45,533 nucleotides of DNA from an uncultured Gemmatimonadota bacterium (GTDB lineage: Bacteria; Gemmatimonadota; Gemmatimonadetes; Palauibacterales; Palauibacteraceae). The notes under the pieces are model-generated. The model saw only the letters and a program-made list of their open reading frames with translations. It ran no database searches and had not been told where the DNA came from. Below are positions 43,036 to 45,533 of the stretch, one piece after another (positions within the stretch are counted from its first letter, which is position 1; each line of letters opens with the position of its first letter). The position numbers and the translations under genes were made by a program. The stretch is from the NCBI GenBank assembly GCA_964392705.1, contig CAYMQZ010000004.1, positions 1 to 45,533 of the forward strand. The letters are read 5' to 3'.

Positions 43036-44898
43036 GTGGGCGTGGAGCGCCGGCAGGTGGTCGGGCCGGGCGGCGCCGTAGCGGTCGCCGCGCCGCGCCC
43101 CTGGCGGAGTCGACGGGCGCTGTGGTCCCTCCTCATCCTGGTGGGGGTCGGCTGGGCGCTCGGGGAGGCGGGGCTCGCCCGCCGCGAGCTCCTGAACCCG
43201 GGGGGGTGGTCGCAGCTCCGGGCCTTCCTGGAGGCCGCGCTCCGGCCGGAGACGGCTGCGGTCTTCCTGCGGCTGGCGGCCGACGCGGCGCTCGTCACGC
43301 TCGCCTTCGCCGTCTGGGGCACCGCGCTCAGCGTGGCGTTCGGGATCGTCGGCGGGCTCCTGGGATCGGAGACCTGGTGGCGCTCCGTCCTTCCGGATCG
43401 CGGCGGTCGACTCCGGTGGCTGGGCGGCTGGCGCGCGCCCTGGGTGGCCGTGCGGGCGGCCCTCAGCGTTCCCCGCGCGATCCACGAGATCGTGTGGGGG
43501 CTCTTCTTCGTCGCGATCCTGGGCCTGGACCCGCTGGTGGGGATCCTGGCGATCGCGATCCCGTTCGGCGCCATCACGGCGAAGGTCTTCTCGGAGATCT
43601 TGGACGAGAGCGCCGGGCCGCCGCTCGCCGCGCTCCAGGAGTCGGGCGTCCGTTCCCTTCCGGCGGTCCTCTACGGGCTGCTCCCGCGCGCCTTCCCCGA
43701 CCTCCTCTCCTACGCCTTCTACCGGTTCGAGTGCTCGATCCGCTCTGCGGCCGTGCTCGGGATCATCGGGGCCGGCGGTCTGGGCTATCAGATCCTCCTG
43801 AGCCTCCAGTCGCTCCGCTACGGGGAGATGTGGACCTTCCTCTACGCGCTCGTCCTCCTCACCGGGCTGGCGGACCTCTGGAGCACCGCGCTCCGGCGCC
43901 GCCTGGGCTCCGCACACCGGATCCACGTGCGGCTCCGGGAGGCGGCGGGGCCCGCCGGGGCGGGGGCCCGCCGGCCCCGGGTCGAAGCCCCCGATCGTCT
44001 CGAGACCGCGGGACGCGACGCCGGCGCGCCGGAGACGGTCGGGTCGCTAGCGACGGCCGGGGCGATCGAGACCGTGCCGGGACGCGACCCGTTCCTCCGA
44101 GGCTCCCTCGTCGCACTGGGCTTCCTGCTGCTGTTCTCCTTCCTCTACCTGGACGCGGGGTGGGGGAAGCTGGCCGCCCCCCGAACGGGCGAGCTCCTGG
44201 CGCAGGTCCTGGGCGACGCCTTCCCGCCCGCGCTCGGCGGCCTGACGCTCGCCGACTACTTCCGGCTCTCGGCCGACACGCTGGCCATGTCGATCCTGGC
44301 GATCGCCCTCGCCGGGGCGGGGGGCGTGCTTTTCTCCTACCCCGGGGCCCACAACTTCCTCCTCCCCGGAGGGATCCTGAACCCCGGGGGCGGGAGCCGC
44401 GTGGCCGCCCTGGCGGGAACGGCCGTTTTCGCTGCCACGCGGGCCTTCCTCCTCTTCCTGCGGGCGGTTCCGGCGCCGATCTGGGCGCTGCTCCTTCTCT
44501 TCGTCCTCTTCCCGGGGATCCTGACGGGCGCGCTGGCGCTCGCCCTCTACACGTGGGGCGTGCTCGGGCGGCTGATGGCGGAGACGACGGAGAACCTGGA
44601 CGCGCGGCCCCTCCGGGCGCTCCGGGTCCAGGGCGCGACGGGGGCCGGCGTGTTCCTGTACGGGGTGCTCCCCGCCTCTGCCGCCCGCTACACCTCCTAC
44701 CTGCTCTACCGCTGGGAGGTGGCCATCCGGGCCACGGCGATGGTGGGCGTGGTGGGGGCCGGCGGGCTGGGACGCCTCCTCCAGGAGCAGCTCACGAGCT
44801 TCGACTACGCCGCCGTGGCGACCACGATGCTCTTCTACGTGGGGCTCGCCTTCCTGGTGGACCTCCTGAGCGCGCGGGTGCGGGCGGATTTGAGGTAG
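43036..44898 (+). CDS. phnE: Fused double PhnE-type ABC permease
   Basis: About 620 aa. Two permease modules, each ending in a GAGGLG motif (AAVLGIIGAGGLGYQILL; TAMVGVVGAGGLGRLLQE), joined by an Ala/Gly/Arg linker. The start is one of TTG 43030, GTG 43036 or GTG 43042. Confidence 0.8.
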   Translation: MGVERRQVVGPGGAVAVAAPRPWRSRRALWSLLILVGVGWALGEAGLARRELLNPGGWSQLRAFLEAALRPETAAVFLRLAADAALVTLAFAVWGTALSVAFGIVGGLLGSETWWRSVLPDRGGRLRWLGGWRAPWVAVRAALSVPRAIHEIVWGLFFVAILGLDPLVGILAIAIPFGAITAKVFSEILDESAGPPLAALQESGVRSLPAVLYGLLPRAFPDLLSYAFYRFECSIRSAAVLGIIGAGGLGYQILLSLQSLRYGEMWTFLYALVLLTGLADLWSTALRRRLGSAHRIHVRLREAAGPAGAGARRPRVEAPDRLETAGRDAGAPETVGSLATAGAIETVPGRDPFLRGSLVALGFLLLFSFLYLDAGWGKLAAPRTGELLAQVLGDAFPPALGGLTLADYFRLSADTLAMSILAIALAGAGGVLFSYPGAHNFLLPGGILNPGGGSRVAALAGTAVFAATRAFLLFLRAVPAPIWALLLLFVLFPGILTGALALALYTWGVLGRLMAETTENLDARPLRALRVQGATGAGVFLYGVLPASAARYTSYLLYRWEVAIRATAMVGVVGAGGLGRLLQEQLTSFDYAAVATTMLFYVGLAFLVDLLSARVRADLR

Positions 44899-44920
44899 GG
44901 GAGGGTCGGGCTCGGCCCGC

Positions 44921-45533
44921 TCAGCTCGCTTCCGCGCCCACCTCCTCCAGGAGCTCCGCCCACGCCCGCCGCTCCCGCTGCGGGTCCACGAGGGCGGCCC
45001 GCCGGGCGCAGGCGGCCCGGAGCCAGCGGTAGAAGGCGGGGTCGGTCTCGGCGCGGCGGAGGAGGGCCGCCAGGGCGGCCGCGTCGCCGACGGGGACGTA
45101 GCCGGGGTAATCCTGGCCCAGCATTCCCACGAGCCCGTCCACGCGCGTGCAGACGATCGGCACGCCGGCGGAGAGCGCCTCGGAGATCGCGTTCCCGGCC
45201 CCCTCGAGTCGCGAGGTGAGGGCGAGAAGCCGGCTCTGCTCCAGGATCCGGAGGGCCTTCGCCCGCGCCACCTCGCCGAGCCACAGGTAGCGCGGGTTCC
45301 TCGTCATCTCCTCCCGGGCCCTCGCTTCCAGGCCTGGATCCATCGCCGCCCCGCAGTGGACGATCCGGATCCGGGAGTCGTCGGGCAGTCGACGGGCCGC
45401 CTCGGCCGGCAGGAGAGGCTCCTTGACGGGTCGCAGGTGGGCGAGGAGGACGACCTGGAAGTCGCCGGCGGACTCGGCGCCGCCGCTGCCCTGCGGCCGG
45501 GCTCCGCGGCGGCCCTCCGGTCCGGTTCCAGGG
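44921..45533 (-). CDS. GT-B glycosyltransferase (family 1/4-like), 5'-truncated by the window edge
   Basis: The reading frame is open from 45532 down to the stop at 44921-44923. The C-terminal half (LLALTSRLEGAGNAISEALSAGVPIVCTRVDGL) carries the E-x7-E-type GT1/GT4 signature. Confidence 0.7.
   Translation of the reverse strand, partial: PGTGPEGRRGARPQGSGGAESAGDFQVVLLAHLRPVKEPLLPAEAARRLPDDSRIRIVHCGAAMDPGLEARAREEMTRNPRYLWLGEVARAKALRILEQSRLLALTSRLEGAGNAISEALSAGVPIVCTRVDGLVGMLGQDYPGYVPVGDAAALAALLRRAETDPAFYRWLRAACARRAALVDPQRERRAWAELLEEVGAEAS

Noticed and set aside
44907-44919. CGGGC-TCG-GCCCG hairpin between the convergent phnE and glycosyltransferase genes, as a terminator.
   Set aside because: It has only a 5-bp stem and no U-tract on either strand. 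This is too weak to call.
44921-45533. The edge glycosyltransferase as a selenosugar synthase (SenB-like), which would link it to the egtD-like gene and to possible selenium use.
   Set aside because: Only the generic GT-B C-terminal half is visible. I cannot distinguish it from ordinary GT1/GT4 enzymes, and no selD/senA-like gene is in the window.
1-45533. A scan for CRISPR arrays, rRNA or tRNA genes, transposases, integrases and inverted-repeat-bounded elements.
   Set aside because: I saw no regularly spaced repeats, no recombinase or transposase-like ORFs and no large non-coding gaps (the longest intergenic regions are about 300-340 bp). The absence is by eye only.

Overview
A 45.5 kb, very GC-rich (about 70% by eye) bacterial chromosomal window with about 44 supportable protein-coding genes. 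I found no rRNA, tRNA, CRISPR array or transposase/IS element. Many long ORFs in the six-frame track are Arg/Pro/Gly/Ala-rich antisense or out-of-frame shadows typical of high-GC DNA, and I rejected them.

The core of the window (about 10.5-31.4 kb) is a [NiFe]-hydrogenase island:
- hypF.
- A Tat-less small subunit, then five tandem genes for small single-pass membrane proteins, then the large subunit.
- A degenerate endopeptidase-like protein, a NifU/Rieske-like fusion and a bona fide maturation endopeptidase.
- A winged-helix protein with a Cys/His tail.
- A CooC-type Ni-insertion ATPase whose CxC motif carries an in-frame TGA followed by a hairpin.
- An oppositely oriented Nik/Dpp-type ABC importer.
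- hypC, a hypC-like gene, hypD, hypE and a tandem-SIS protein.

Flanking genes:
- An RCC1/Big_2 lipoprotein and a BNR/sortilin-like protein.
- An AmgK-like kinase fused to a RapZ C-terminal domain, next to a MurU-like nucleotidyltransferase.
- A DUF2784-like membrane protein, a quinone oxidoreductase and a rhomboid protease.
- An acyl-CoA dehydrogenase and a rhodanese.
- A HepT/MntA toxin-antitoxin pair.
- A betaine-type ABC importer and an outer-membrane beta-barrel protein.
- An egtD-like methyltransferase/PLP-decarboxylase/phnDCE operon.
- A partial glycosyltransferase at the window edge.

The two most interesting observations are the split hydrogenase operon with five paralogous membrane-protein genes, and the candidate selenocysteine (UxC) CooC-like ATPase. 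All family assignments come from motif recognition by eye. No searches were run.
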